Assembly (NCBI GenBank): GCA_964621305.1
Contig: CAZUOM010000001.1
Location: forward strand, 165,448-229,447
Source: an uncultured Gammaproteobacteria bacterium
GTDB taxonomy: Bacteria > Patescibacteriota > Microgenomatia > UBA10105 > UBA927
Length of the DNA stretch: 64,000 bases
Direction: 5' to 3'
Shown: positions 47,508-58,112 of the stretch, piece after piece
How positions within the stretch are numbered: the stretch's first letter is position 1
Layout of the letters: every line of letters starts with the position of its first letter
Made by a program: the position numbers and the translations under genes
The notes under the pieces: model-generated
Databases searched by the model: none
The model's input: only the letters and a program-made list of their open reading frames with translations
Told to the model about the DNA's origin: nothing

Positions 47508-48563
47508 TCAGTCGCGAATCTTGAGCGTCTCACGGGAAAAAACTATGTTTTTTGGTTTAATGACGACTTGTTTTTTCCCATTTCTCACGCTCCCCGCGTG
47601 CCACGCGTGAAATCCCTTCTTTTCTGCAATCGCAATGGCCCGCGCCACAGCATTTGCTCGTACGTAGAGCGCAAATCCGGCGCCCATGTTGAAGGTTTCA
47701 AACATCTCCCGATCACTAAGCTTGCCGTGTTTCTGTAAAAAGGAAAATAGCGGTGAGTCTGGAGGCGTCTCTTCGATCACGTACGTAAATGCTCGGGTTG
47801 GTCGCATGAGCTTTCGCCACCCGTGGCCGGTAACGTTGACCGCGTAATGAATATCAACGCCTGCGTCAAAAAGCGCTGACATGAGCCGGGCATAGATATG
47901 GGTAGATCGAAGCAGCGCTTCGCCATACATGAAGCCGTTTGTAAGCTTCGTGGCATAGCCTCCCGGCAGAACATCCGCAATCGCGCGGGCAAGCGTCAAA
48001 CCGTTTGCATGGATGCCACTGCTTTCGACCAAAACGATTGCGTCGCCGTGAGTAATTGCCTCTCCCAAAAGCAGGCGCTTTTTGGGTTTGACGATACCGA
48101 TTGCCGACCCGGCAATGTCTATAACAGCCGGCTCAACAATCCCTTTAAGCGTGGGCGTTTCCCCGCCGCCCCAGACCGCACCCGCGAGACTGCAGGCGTT
48201 TGCCCAACCACGAATCAGATCGCCTGCCCGCTTTTTATCTTCAAACCATCGACAGTCGCCAACGGCAAAGTAGGCATTGACGACTTCAGGTTTGGCGCCA
48301 ACCGTGATGAGATCGTTAACGATCATCGCTAGCGCGTCTTGGGCGATGGCATCGTAGTAGGTCTTGCCGTTAATAGGCCGCATTGCGTCAGCCACGAGAC
48401 TCTTTGTTCCGAGCCCCTCAATCACCATCGCTCGATAACAATCCCGCTCTTCCCAGACATAGGCCGACTCTCCGCGAATCGCGCTTCCTCCTGTTCTTTT
48501 CGCGGCGCGCTGCGCGGCGATTTTGAAGGAATCAAGAATCGTATAGTTTACCTGATAGTGCAT
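47508..48563 (-). CDS. purM: phosphoribosylformylglycinamidine cyclo-ligase (AIR synthetase, PurM-like)
   Basis: PurM/AIRS-family architecture as the last gene of the pur operon. Start placed at ATG 48561-48563 (MHYQ...) rather than the GC-rich 55-aa extension in the track. Confidence 0.65.
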   Translation of the reverse strand: MHYQVNYTILDSFKIAAQRAAKRTGGSAIRGESAYVWEERDCYRAMVIEGLGTKSLVADAMRPINGKTYYDAIAQDALAMIVNDLITVGAKPEVVNAYFAVGDCRWFEDKKRAGDLIRGWANACSLAGAVWGGGETPTLKGIVEPAVIDIAGSAIGIVKPKKRLLLGEAITHGDAIVLVESSGIHANGLTLARAIADVLPGGYATKLTNGFMYGEALLRSTHIYARLMSALFDAGVDIHYAVNVTGHGWRKLMRPTRAFTYVIEETPPDSPLFSFLQKHGKLSDREMFETFNMGAGFALYVRANAVARAIAIAEKKGFHAWHAGSVRNGKKQVVIKPKNIVFSRETLKIRD

Positions 48564-49519
48564 AGCGAGTCGCGGATGCGTTCTTCGATCGTGTACCCAA
48601 ACGCCCGGAATGCCCGGCCGGTAAGTTTTTCGTAGACGGCGATGTAGCGCCGGGCAAGCGCAACAATGAGATGTCTGGGCATTTCGGGCGGCGGCCCGTC
48701 CCCGCGGTAGCCGCGCTTGGCATACCAAAGTCGCAGGAACTCCTTGTCAAAGTTCTCCGGCTCAAGCCCGCGCTTGACGCGTTCCTTATACGTATCGGAT
48801 ACCCAGAAACGTGAGGAGTCGGGCGTATGGATTTCGTCAATAAGCATAAGTTTGCCCTTATATAATCCAAATTCGTATTTGGTATCAACAAGGATAAGGC
48901 CGCGTTTTCTGCAAAGCCTGCTCCCAAAATCGAATAGCTTACGCGAAATTTTTTCCATCTCTTCATAGAGTTTTTTCGGAACTATCTTCTTTTTTATGAT
49001 TTCCCCGCGGGTCAGCCGTTCGTCATGAAGCGCGCTTCCGGCAAGAGGGTGCGTTGTTGGTGTAATGATCGCAGAGGCAAGTTGCTGATTCTTTTTCAAT
49101 CCGTCGGGAAATCTGATGCCATAGATCATCCGCTCGCCGCGCTCGTAGGAGTACCATATGGAGGTTTTCGTGACACCGGAGATGTAACCGCGCACGATCA
49201 TCTCCACCGGAATCGGCTTGCATTCACGCGCAATCATCACGTTGGGGTCCGGTACGGCGATCATGTGGTTGGGGACGATGTGTTTGGTTTTCTCAAACCA
49301 AAACTGCGACAGGAGATTAAGAACCGCTCCCTTAAATGGGATATGTCCGAGGATGACGTCAAATGCCGATTGTCGATCCGTGGTCACGAGAATCCTCTTG
49401 CCCTCCACTTTATAGAAATCTCGCACCTTGCCCTGATATTTTTTCCCCAAGCCAGATACGTCAACGGTTTTGAGCACCGACGGTAACGCGCGAAGTATTG
49501 TTTTTGATTGCACCATCAT
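48548..49519 (-). CDS. purC: phosphoribosylaminoimidazole-succinocarboxamide synthase (SAICAR synthetase, long form)
   Basis: 323 aa; YKGKVRDFY ... LILVDTKYEFG and general PurC-like similarity. Confidence 0.75.
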   Translation of the reverse strand: MMVQSKTILRALPSVLKTVDVSGLGKKYQGKVRDFYKVEGKRILVTTDRQSAFDVILGHIPFKGAVLNLLSQFWFEKTKHIVPNHMIAVPDPNVMIARECKPIPVEMIVRGYISGVTKTSIWYSYERGERMIYGIRFPDGLKKNQQLASAIITPTTHPLAGSALHDERLTRGEIIKKKIVPKKLYEEMEKISRKLFDFGSRLCRKRGLILVDTKYEFGLYKGKLMLIDEIHTPDSSRFWVSDTYKERVKRGLEPENFDKEFLRLWYAKRGYRGDGPPPEMPRHLIVALARRYIAVYEKLTGRAFRAFGYTIEERIRDSLCTIR

Positions 49520-50013
49520 TGCCTCCTTTTCTCCAACCTCTTTGATTTTTCTACGACCGCTTTGGCTTGCTGCTTTTTGAATACCACAAGCTTTTTTTGA
49601 AGCGACGGGTCCCCCACCGCAAGGATTTGGAGAGCCAGAAGCCCGGCATTTTTTGCGCCGTTGATACCCACCGTCGCCACGGGAACGCCGGGAGGCATCT
49701 GCACCGTAGAGTAGAGTGAATCCATGCCGCCAAGCGCCGCGGTTTGTATCGGAATACCAACAACCGGCAACGGAAATTCTGATGCAATAACTCCGGCCAG
49801 ATGCGCTGCCCCGCCGGCCGCCGCGATAATAACTTTTATCCCTCGCGCAACAGCAGTTATGGCAAACGCGTGGGTCTCCCGTGGGCTTCTGTGCGCCGAA
49901 AGAACAAGTAATTCATAGGAAACGCGAAACTGGTCAAGGATATCCGTCGCATCCTTCACAACTGGTAAATCCGAATCTGACCCCATGACGACTGCGACAG
50001 CCGGTTTATTCAT
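49516..50013 (-). CDS. purE: phosphoribosylaminoimidazole carboxylase catalytic subunit / N5-CAIR mutase
   Basis: 165 aa; VAVVMGSDSDLPVVKDA ... SAHRSP signature. Confidence 0.8.
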   Translation of the reverse strand: MNKPAVAVVMGSDSDLPVVKDATDILDQFRVSYELLVLSAHRSPRETHAFAITAVARGIKVIIAAAGGAAHLAGVIASEFPLPVVGIPIQTAALGGMDSLYSTVQMPPGVPVATVGINGAKNAGLLALQILAVGDPSLQKKLVVFKKQQAKAVVEKSKRLEKRRQ

Positions 50014-51412
50014 AATGAATCGTTTTTGTTATCCGTTTCGCAAGCTCTCGCGCCCGCTTGGGCGCATCGCCGACGTGACGGGATACGTCCAGAAGCATCT
50101 CTATTTCCGAAAGCTTTAAATATCGTGCCAGTCGTTTGTCGTCCCTCAAGAGTTGCGCCATCGGGTTGGGTTTGCCTGCTCCAACTGCTTGCCACGCTTC
50201 CATTGACACGGTCCGCAACAATTCGTGCATTTCCTGCCGGTTGGCGCCGCGCTTGACGGCTTCGATGATAATAACCTCCGTTGCCGCAAACGAGCCGTAT
50301 TGGGCGAGATTATAGGCAATGCGCTCTTTGTTGATCACCAAACCCTTGAGGATTTTTTGGGCTGACAAGAGGATTTCGTCAAGAGCTAGAAACGCCTCGG
50401 GAATAACGAGGCGGCGATTGGCGCTGTCATCGAGGGTGCGCTCCAGGTGAGAAAGGGTCGCATTCTCAAGGAAAATAGCCGGAAGATGGGAAAGGTAGCG
50501 CGCAAGCGAACATATCTTTTCGCTGCTCACCGGATTTTTCTTAAACGGCATGGCGGAAGACCCTACCTGCTTTTCCCCAAACGGCTCGCTCCACTCACCG
50601 ATACCCGGCGACTGAAGGATGCGAAGATCCTCCGCGAACTTGGCCACAGATTGCGCCGTGCTTGCCAGAGCGCAAAGCAGCCAGTAATCCACTTTTCGGG
50701 GATACACTTGCGTCGTGACCGGAAACGCTTCAATGTGCAGCCGATTCAACACCACTTCCTCCATCTTCGCCGCCGTGCTATTCGTCCCTTCCAAAAGCTT
50801 CTTGTAACTTGCCGCCGTGCCGACAGCACCCTTGAAGCCCTTGCCCCGAAGATCCTGGAGTTCAATGTATCGGCACATTGAAGTGTCCATCAGTAAGTCC
50901 TGAGCGTAGACCGCCAGGCGATAGCCGACCGTTGTCGGTTCTGCCGGCTGGAGGTGGGTATAGCCCAGGCATGGTACCGAGGCGTATGTTTTTACTTTTT
51001 CTGCAAAAAGCTTGAGCAGGTCGTCAACTTGTTTTTTGATAATTACCATCGCTTCCCGCATGCGTATCGTGTCTGCATTGTCCACGATGTCCATACTCGT
51101 TGCGCCCAGGTGAATTTTTGCTGCCCCGATTGTTGCTTTCTCTGCAAACTCCCGGATAGCGGCCACCACGTCGTGCTTCGTTTCTTTCTCGAGTTCCAGG
51201 ATCCTACCGATGTCGATATCTTCCTCGTGCTTCTCCAAATCGCGAAGTTCCTCGCGCGATAACAGACCGGCCACATGGTGCGCGCGGGCCAGTTCGACCC
51301 AAATCCTACGCCATCGTTCGTATTTATAACGTTCGCTCCAGATCCAACGCATCTGCCGGCTCCCGTAACGCCAGGAAAAAGAAGAAAGATAGGTGGTAAA
51401 GTCAAAAACCAT
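50006..51412 (-). CDS. purB: adenylosuccinate lyase
   Basis: 468 aa; fumarate-lyase family signature GSSAMPFKKNP; pur operon context. Confidence 0.8.
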   Translation of the reverse strand: MVFDFTTYLSSFSWRYGSRQMRWIWSERYKYERWRRIWVELARAHHVAGLLSREELRDLEKHEEDIDIGRILELEKETKHDVVAAIREFAEKATIGAAKIHLGATSMDIVDNADTIRMREAMVIIKKQVDDLLKLFAEKVKTYASVPCLGYTHLQPAEPTTVGYRLAVYAQDLLMDTSMCRYIELQDLRGKGFKGAVGTAASYKKLLEGTNSTAAKMEEVVLNRLHIEAFPVTTQVYPRKVDYWLLCALASTAQSVAKFAEDLRILQSPGIGEWSEPFGEKQVGSSAMPFKKNPVSSEKICSLARYLSHLPAIFLENATLSHLERTLDDSANRRLVIPEAFLALDEILLSAQKILKGLVINKERIAYNLAQYGSFAATEVIIIEAVKRGANRQEMHELLRTVSMEAWQAVGAGKPNPMAQLLRDDKRLARYLKLSEIEMLLDVSRHVGDAPKRARELAKRITKTIHYE

Positions 51413-51413
51413 G

Positions 51414-52469
51414 TTATGTCGTTATCTTCTCTAAAGCATTATGTTCCGTCGCATCGTGGATTTCCATGGCGATGCGTCTTCCCATGCTTACTGATTCTCC
51501 ATATAAATACCCGCTGTACGGGGTTGCGGCAATTCCCGGCGAGCCGGGCATACGCGGCGAGACATCAACCACGACGATCTCCTTTTTTCGCTTCCCGGAT
51601 ACGATGATCGCCTGCAGGGCAAACGGCCCGATGATTCCTGGCGGGACGAGCGTTTGGGTGGCTTTTATAAACCGCTCGGCCATGGCAAACGCCTCCTCCA
51701 GCATCGATTCTACCACGGTGACGGCGATATGCCCAGTTTCTTCAAACGAAACAGTAACGTTTTTCTGATACGCAGCCGGCAAGCGCACTAGGCCGTCGAT
51801 ATTCGTCTGACGGCGCGTGTCCGTCCCCAAAAGTTCCAGCCGTTTACGAATCGGAGAATAAAAAAAATGGAAGTTCACCGCTACGCCAACCGCGTATTCT
51901 TCGATAACCGCCCGTTCCAGCGCCGGCGCTGTTATTTTTCCTGATCGTAGCATTGCCCGCGACGTTTGCAGGAAGCTTTTTTCATCACGGCAAAGGAAAA
52001 ATGCCCGTTCCCACGGACGGTCTTTCTCGCTTACCTTGACTATCACAAGCCGGTCGATGTTCTTTGGTGAGAGAAAATGTTGCGGAAACCGAATATTGGC
52101 TTCTTTGAGAAGGTCATACTGATTTGGACGTTTTGCGCGCTCTTCGTACTTCAAGAGGTATTTATTGCCGAACAAAGGCACCGTAAAGCGCGTCTCGATA
52201 GCCTTGTAATCAAAGTTGCAATATGCCTCAAACGACCGGTGCGGCACAAACGCACAGCACTTTTTTTGTAACGTTTTCTGCACCGCGGGCGTAAGTATGT
52301 CAGAAAACTGCTCAAGCACAAGGCACTCGTCCACACAACATTTGTAATACTCACGATAGGTTTTTTCCCTGCCTTTTTGCGCAACGACGAGCGTGCCAAG
52401 CCCTTCATCTTTGGCCCCGCGGCAGATGTCCAGAGCAGAATGACTCCCAAGGGTAGCAATGGTAACCAT
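51414..52469 (-). CDS. purP: archaeal-type FAICAR synthetase (PurP-like, ATP-grasp), copy 1
   Basis: N-terminus MVTIATLGSHSALDICRGAKDEG, characteristic of PurP; 351 aa. Confidence 0.6.
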   Translation of the reverse strand: MVTIATLGSHSALDICRGAKDEGLGTLVVAQKGREKTYREYYKCCVDECLVLEQFSDILTPAVQKTLQKKCCAFVPHRSFEAYCNFDYKAIETRFTVPLFGNKYLLKYEERAKRPNQYDLLKEANIRFPQHFLSPKNIDRLVIVKVSEKDRPWERAFFLCRDEKSFLQTSRAMLRSGKITAPALERAVIEEYAVGVAVNFHFFYSPIRKRLELLGTDTRRQTNIDGLVRLPAAYQKNVTVSFEETGHIAVTVVESMLEEAFAMAERFIKATQTLVPPGIIGPFALQAIIVSGKRKKEIVVVDVSPRMPGSPGIAATPYSGYLYGESVSMGRRIAMEIHDATEHNALEKITT

Positions 52470-52475
52470 ATATAG

Positions 52476-53480
52476 CTAGCTTACTAAGCAATCAACGATC
52501 CCTTTGCGATGGGCGATTTTAATATCCCGCGCAATCCTCCTTCCCGTGCTCATTGGTTCATCATATAGGAGTGAAGCGTACGGGGAACTATCGATGAAGA
52601 GATTCGTGCCGGCGACGATGCGGCAGGATACTTCTATCACATAAAACTGCTGGTCGGGAGTGACGATCGTCTCCAGACAAAACGGCCCGAAGAGGCCCCG
52701 CTCGTCAATAAGCTTTTGCGATGTGACTACCAACCGTTCGGCCATTGCGTACGCCTCCGGCAGGAGCGACTCACGCAGAGACAAGGGGCTATTGCCGACC
52801 ACGACAAATGACGGCGTGATATCAATGCGCTCTTGGTGCGCAAGCGGCATGCGCCCCAGAGAATCAACGTTTGTTTCGTATCTCCGGTCGATACTTAACA
52901 GTTCCATGGTCTTCGTTATCGGTGAGTAATAATAGTGAAGGTAGATGGGAACGCCAACGATGTACTCCTGCACAATGAAGTCCTTCTTGGTAAATAACGA
53001 AATCTTTTTCTCAAAATCCTTTTGACTATGCGCGACGAAATACCCTCTTCCGCCGTCGGCGCCATAGGACTTGACGATCACCGGCCGGTCAATCCGGTCG
53101 CGGCGGGAAAACTTGCGCGGCAGCCTAATCCCTGCAGACGCAAGCCAGTTAAGCTGCTTTTTGCGGTCTGCTTCCCAGTCCAGCACTGCTTTGTTGCCAA
53201 AGTACGGTAGACTTATTGCTTTGTTGCCCTCGATACCGAGGTAGGCAATGAACGATCCGTGAGGAATAACAATAACATGGCGTCTGGAAATACTATGCTG
53301 TACCTCGGGGAAGTCTCCGTATGAAGATATGGTGATAATGTCATCGATGAAGCGAAACCGCCGGTAAAACGCCTCGCGGTCGGATTGCGTGATGAGCAGT
53401 GTCGAAAAACCCTCGTCTTTTGCCCCTTTCATTATCTGAAGGGCGGTATGGCTCCCCAGCGTTGCAATCGTATACATCAT
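52476..53480 (-). CDS. purP: archaeal-type FAICAR synthetase (PurP-like), paralogous copy 2
   Basis: MYTIATLGSHTALQIMKGAKDEG; 334 aa; paralog of the adjacent gene. Confidence 0.6.
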   Translation of the reverse strand: MMYTIATLGSHTALQIMKGAKDEGFSTLLITQSDREAFYRRFRFIDDIITISSYGDFPEVQHSISRRHVIVIPHGSFIAYLGIEGNKAISLPYFGNKAVLDWEADRKKQLNWLASAGIRLPRKFSRRDRIDRPVIVKSYGADGGRGYFVAHSQKDFEKKISLFTKKDFIVQEYIVGVPIYLHYYYSPITKTMELLSIDRRYETNVDSLGRMPLAHQERIDITPSFVVVGNSPLSLRESLLPEAYAMAERLVVTSQKLIDERGLFGPFCLETIVTPDQQFYVIEVSCRIVAGTNLFIDSSPYASLLYDEPMSTGRRIARDIKIAHRKGIVDCLVS

Positions 53481-54217
53481 AGAAAATACCGCACTGCGTT
53501 CTGAAATATCCTAAGGCCCGGCCCGAATTTCGGAACCCGTTTCCCTTTTCTTCGATACGTTTCCTTAAGATGCGTCCAGTATGGCAACTGGGTAAAGAAG
53601 ATCGCCCGCTCCGGATGCGGCATGAGGCCTAAAATTCTTCCGCTTGTATCGGTAAGTCCGGCAATACAATCAAGCGTTCCCGTCGGATTTTCGCTTACGT
53701 ATCGTATCGCAATAGTTCGCTTTTGTTTCATTGCCGCCAGAGTCGTGGCATCAGCATATAGTTTCCCCTCGCCGTGGGCAATAGGGAGAGAAAGCGTCGT
53801 TATTCCTGCAAGCCACGGAGTTTCGCGCTCAACACTTAGATCCGTCCATCGGACAATATAACGGCCCGAGTCGTTCGGAAGAAGAGCCACACGAGGAAAT
53901 ACACCAAGCGCAACGAGTATCTGAAACCCGTTACAAATACCGATCACCAACCCATCGCCATCGATATATGTTCGTAGTTGTTCTCCCAAGAAGTGGTTCA
54001 GTTTCCTCGCATAGGCATTGCCGGCACCGGTATCGTCGCCGTAAGAAAATCCGCCGGGAATGGCCAGAATCTGATACGCCCGCAATTTTTTGGATCCGGC
54101 GATGAGATCGTTGATATGGATGATATCTGCGCTCGCTCCGGCCAGTTCAAACGCAAACGCCGTTTCCTCTTCGCAGTTGAGGCCGTAGCCGGAAAACACT
54201 AATACTCTAGGTTTCAT
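53477..54217 (-). CDS. purQ: FGAM synthase glutamine amidotransferase subunit
   Basis: 246 aa; MKPRVLVFSGYGLNCEEE class-I GATase N-terminus typical of PurQ. Confidence 0.8.
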   Translation of the reverse strand: MKPRVLVFSGYGLNCEEETAFAFELAGASADIIHINDLIAGSKKLRAYQILAIPGGFSYGDDTGAGNAYARKLNHFLGEQLRTYIDGDGLVIGICNGFQILVALGVFPRVALLPNDSGRYIVRWTDLSVERETPWLAGITTLSLPIAHGEGKLYADATTLAAMKQKRTIAIRYVSENPTGTLDCIAGLTDTSGRILGLMPHPERAIFFTQLPYWTHLKETYRRKGKRVPKFGPGLRIFQNAVRYFL

Positions 54218-56843
54218 ACGTTCGATATGCCTTTATACATGTCTCAAGCGCTGTGCGCTGGCCACCAATGACGATCTCGGGAGTTTTGGTTACGACACCG
54301 ATAGGCTTGCAACCGGAGCCTTCCATCATGCGCTCAAACGTTGGCTTCTTTTTCGGATTGACGGATACGATGACCTTTCCCATTTTGAGCGAAACGTCAA
54401 CGCCGAGCATTCCTGCCATCGCGGATTTGGCAACGGCCGCCGCCATCCCCCCACGGCTGACGACCATGGCAGAGGCGACTAGCTCGCGTCGTATTGCCAG
54501 GGCGAGCGCGTCGTACATAGACTTTGCGCCGCTCAATACGTACACGAGGTCGCCGGGAAACTTGAAATCGATCGTGACGCTTTTTCGCACGTCTCGGATG
54601 ATTCCGATTGCCGAAATGAGAAGCGTAGGGAGAATGGAAATGCTCACGGGATTGCCATGTTCGTCAAATCCGGAAAAATCGTTGAACATGCTGTCTTTGC
54701 CGGAAATAAACGGCGTCCCGTAGGCCATTGCCCCGTCGTAGCAGCCCCGTGCCGCCTCTTTGAGCTGCCAAAGTCGCGTGGGGTCCTTGGCGCTTGACCA
54801 GCAGAAGTTATCAAGAAGAGCGATCTTCTCCGGATCCGCACCCGCCGCTACCGCACGCAGTACTGCTTGGCTGATCGTCACCCTCGCCATTTGGTACGGA
54901 TTGTGCTCGCCAAACTCCGGATGCAACGCGTGGGTGAGAACGATTCCTCTATTAGAAGAAAGAATGGGCCGGATGACGGTTGCATCCCCGTTCACCCGGC
55001 CTTTACCCTGAAGGGGCTTGGTTACAGACGTCCCTTGCACCTCATGGTCAAACTGTTGGCTGATCCAAGAAAATCCCGCGATTGACGGATGCGAGAGCGT
55101 TTCCGGACGGAATGGGCTTGCCTCATTCGGAGGGGCTCGTCGCGGCTGCGGCTTCGTATGAAGCGGTATGCGTGGAAACCCATTGTGGAGGAAATCCATG
55201 GAAAGATCCATCACTTTTTTCCTGCGGTACCGCACGATGCATCGTCCGGATTTGGTAAATGTTCCGATTACGCTCGCCTCCACGCCGCGACGACTACAGA
55301 GTGCTTTCAATTTCCTCCATTCCTTTTTGGGTACTGCAAGGGTCATGCGCTCCTGGGATTCGGAGATCCATATCTGCCAGGGCGTAAGACCAGGATACTT
55401 AAGCGGCACGCGGTCAAGGTCAACTAAACAACCGCCCGAGTCTCTGGCCATTTCCGCAACCGAACACGACAGTCCGCCGGCGCCGTTATCGGTAATGCTA
55501 TGGTACAATCCGCGATCGCACGCTTCTCGAATCAGCATATCCGAGAGTTTCTTTTGCGTAATCGGGTCGCCAATCTGGACCGCCGTGGCGGGGCTGCCGC
55601 TGGTTAACGCTTCAGAAGAAAAAGTCGCGCCGTGGATACCGTCCAGCCCCACGCGACCACCAATCATAACGACGAGATCGCCAGAACGGGCGCCTTTTCG
55701 CATACGCGATCGCGGCAGGATCCCTACGGTTCCCACAAACACGAGCGGCTTGCCTCCATAGCGTGGATGCGTCAGGACAAATCCCTGCGGCGTGGGAATA
55801 CCGGAGCAGTTTCCGCCGCTGTTGACACCGGCAACGACGCCGTCGAGTATTCTCCTCGGCGTAAGCCGCGGTTGTGTACATTTCTTATCGCGGTATAGGT
55901 CTGTCTTGTCGCTCAAATCGCCCACACAAAACCCGTAGGTGTTGGCAACGGGCTTGGCGCCCAGGCCAAAGCCGATGCAATCGCGGTTCACTCCCACGAT
56001 GCCGGTGATCGCTCCGCCGAAGGGATCAAGCGCCGACGGGCTATTGTGCGTTTCTACTTTATGCGTCACCACCCATCGGCGGTCAAAGGCAATCGCGCCT
56101 GAATTATCCGAGAATACACTCACACAGAAATCTTTCCTTCCCTTTTTCTTCCGGATCTCTTCGGTCGCACGCTTTATATAGCGGCGGAACAGGCCTTCGG
56201 CAATATTATCAATGGGACTGTTAAAAATCGTATGCTTGCAGTGCTCGCTCCACGTCTGTGCGAGGGATTCAAGCTCCACATCCGTCGGATCCCTGCCGAG
56301 ATTGCGAAAATGTGTCTGTATGGCTCTCATGGAGGGAAGATCCAGAGCAAGCGGCCCCCGACGCGACCCGTCTGCGTTTTTGATACCGAGTTTACCGATT
56401 GTCACAAGTTCCTCATCGGAGACATCAAGGGAAACCTTGTCTGCTTTTATTCTATTTGTCAAACGAACTCGTGGGACAGGCAGGTTTTCATTAATCGCAA
56501 CACGCTGGATGAGAGGATTTATTGGGAGTTCCACGTAGGTAATTTGCGAAGTATAGACCCCTTCGCCCTGGACAAAACGTACCCCCAATTCATCCTCAAT
56601 CATCTCTCGGACGGTATGGCCAACATTATCCGTCACCCCCGGGAGAAACCCTGTCTCAAAGGCCCGGGTACATGACGCCGGTCTGGGAAACGCATTGATA
56701 TAAAAACGCTCGGACACGGGGTTAGCCAGGAGACGGCCGATTGTTCGCAACTCTCTGACCGAAAACCGTTTTTCAATAGTATAAACTCGCACGGGCGATT
56801 GCCCCTCGGCAATAGCGGAGACTACAAATATTCTATGTACCAT
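54207..56843 (-). CDS. purL: FGAM synthase II, with an N-terminal PurS-like extension (purSL fusion)
   Basis: 878 aa; about 80-aa N-terminal PurS-like segment followed by the PurM-like repeats of PurL. Confidence 0.8.
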   Translation of the reverse strand: MVHRIFVVSAIAEGQSPVRVYTIEKRFSVRELRTIGRLLANPVSERFYINAFPRPASCTRAFETGFLPGVTDNVGHTVREMIEDELGVRFVQGEGVYTSQITYVELPINPLIQRVAINENLPVPRVRLTNRIKADKVSLDVSDEELVTIGKLGIKNADGSRRGPLALDLPSMRAIQTHFRNLGRDPTDVELESLAQTWSEHCKHTIFNSPIDNIAEGLFRRYIKRATEEIRKKKGRKDFCVSVFSDNSGAIAFDRRWVVTHKVETHNSPSALDPFGGAITGIVGVNRDCIGFGLGAKPVANTYGFCVGDLSDKTDLYRDKKCTQPRLTPRRILDGVVAGVNSGGNCSGIPTPQGFVLTHPRYGGKPLVFVGTVGILPRSRMRKGARSGDLVVMIGGRVGLDGIHGATFSSEALTSGSPATAVQIGDPITQKKLSDMLIREACDRGLYHSITDNGAGGLSCSVAEMARDSGGCLVDLDRVPLKYPGLTPWQIWISESQERMTLAVPKKEWRKLKALCSRRGVEASVIGTFTKSGRCIVRYRRKKVMDLSMDFLHNGFPRIPLHTKPQPRRAPPNEASPFRPETLSHPSIAGFSWISQQFDHEVQGTSVTKPLQGKGRVNGDATVIRPILSSNRGIVLTHALHPEFGEHNPYQMARVTISQAVLRAVAAGADPEKIALLDNFCWSSAKDPTRLWQLKEAARGCYDGAMAYGTPFISGKDSMFNDFSGFDEHGNPVSISILPTLLISAIGIIRDVRKSVTIDFKFPGDLVYVLSGAKSMYDALALAIRRELVASAMVVSRGGMAAAVAKSAMAGMLGVDVSLKMGKVIVSVNPKKKPTFERMMEGSGCKPIGVVTKTPEIVIGGQRTALETCIKAYRTYET

Positions 56844-58110
56844 AGGCTTGACCTCCTATATCGCGCCGGTATTGCATTCCTTCAAAACGCACGCCACCGG
56901 ACCCAATTACCCCGTATGCACGCCGGATGGCGGCTTCGATCGTTTCTCCGTATGCCGTCACTCCCAGAACTCTCCCGGCGCTTGTAACGACGCCGCGATC
57001 GTTCAGGAGCGTCCCTGCGTGAAACATCCGGATATTCGGATCACGCACGGTATCCAATCCCTCAATGAGCACTCCTTTTGCGCAAGGCCCGGGGTAGCCG
57101 GCGCAGGCCAGTACCACACAGACGCTAGCCCCCGGGCGAAACCGTACCATCTCCGGCTCGAGGGTCCCGTTCATACATGCAAGAAGAATAGGCGCAAGGT
57201 CAGATTTCAAAAGCAACATGAGGGGTTGCGTTTCCGGGTCGCCGAAGCGCGCGTTGTACTCAAGCACCTTCGGCCCCTGCGCTGTGAGCATAAGGCCCGC
57301 GTAGAGCACTCCTTTATACGGATAACCTTCTTTACGCATGCCCTCAACCGTCGGCTGTAGGATGGTCCGGTGAATCTCTCTGATATCAATATCGGCAACC
57401 GGAGCATACGCGCCCATGCCGCCGGTGTTGGGGCCGCGATCCCCGTCGCCAATACGCTTGTAATCCCGTGCCGGCAAAAGCGGCACGGCGCTTTTGCCGT
57501 CGCAAAACGCCAATACCGATAGCTCCGGACCGGTGAGCCGTTCCTGAATGACGATGGTGCGGCCGGCACCGCCAAAGGACCTACCCGAAAGCATTTCCCG
57601 CACCGCAGCTTCTGCCTCCTCCAGCCCATCCGGAAGGATAACTCCCTTTCCTGCTGCCAACCCATCTGCTTTGACAACCATCTTTCCCCAGGGGAAACGG
57701 CGAACAAAACGGATCGCCTCTTGCTCATCGAGAAAAACCCAGGAGCGTGGGTGCGCAATACCGTGCCGCGCCATAAAACCCGCTGCCCACGCCTTGCTCG
57801 ATTCCAGCTTCGCTGCGGCTGCCGTCGGTCCGAATATTGGCAGTCCCCGGGCTTGAAACTCATCGACTATACCCATCGCAAGCGGCGCCTCCGGCCCAAC
57901 GACCGTGAGATCCAACCTCAATTTATCTGCTAATTCGCTAAGTCCGGCGATATCTTCAGCCGGTATTGGAATATTTTCTCCAATTTCCGCCGTCCCCGCG
58001 TTTCCCGGCGCAAAATAAAGTCTTCCTGACTTGCCAAGTTTCCACCCCAACGCGTGCTCCCGACCGCCGGAGCCAACGATCAAAACCTTTTTTTGTTTTG
58101 GCATCAGCAT
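56833..58110 (-). CDS. purD: phosphoribosylamine-glycine ligase (GAR synthetase)
   Basis: 425 aa; KVLIVGSGGREHALGWKL N-terminus and ATP-grasp core. Confidence 0.85.
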   Translation of the reverse strand: MLMPKQKKVLIVGSGGREHALGWKLGKSGRLYFAPGNAGTAEIGENIPIPAEDIAGLSELADKLRLDLTVVGPEAPLAMGIVDEFQARGLPIFGPTAAAAKLESSKAWAAGFMARHGIAHPRSWVFLDEQEAIRFVRRFPWGKMVVKADGLAAGKGVILPDGLEEAEAAVREMLSGRSFGGAGRTIVIQERLTGPELSVLAFCDGKSAVPLLPARDYKRIGDGDRGPNTGGMGAYAPVADIDIREIHRTILQPTVEGMRKEGYPYKGVLYAGLMLTAQGPKVLEYNARFGDPETQPLMLLLKSDLAPILLACMNGTLEPEMVRFRPGASVCVVLACAGYPGPCAKGVLIEGLDTVRDPNIRMFHAGTLLNDRGVVTSAGRVLGVTAYGETIEAAIRRAYGVIGSGGVRFEGMQYRRDIGGQAYGT

Positions 58111-58112
58111 AC

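Noticed and set aside
48564-48728. 55-aa N-terminal extension of purM (MVCQARLPRGRAAARN...)
   Set aside because: It is GC-rich with an Arg/Ala composition unlike the rest of the protein, and it overlaps the purC 3-prime end. The internal ATG at 48563 gives a typical PurM N-terminus.
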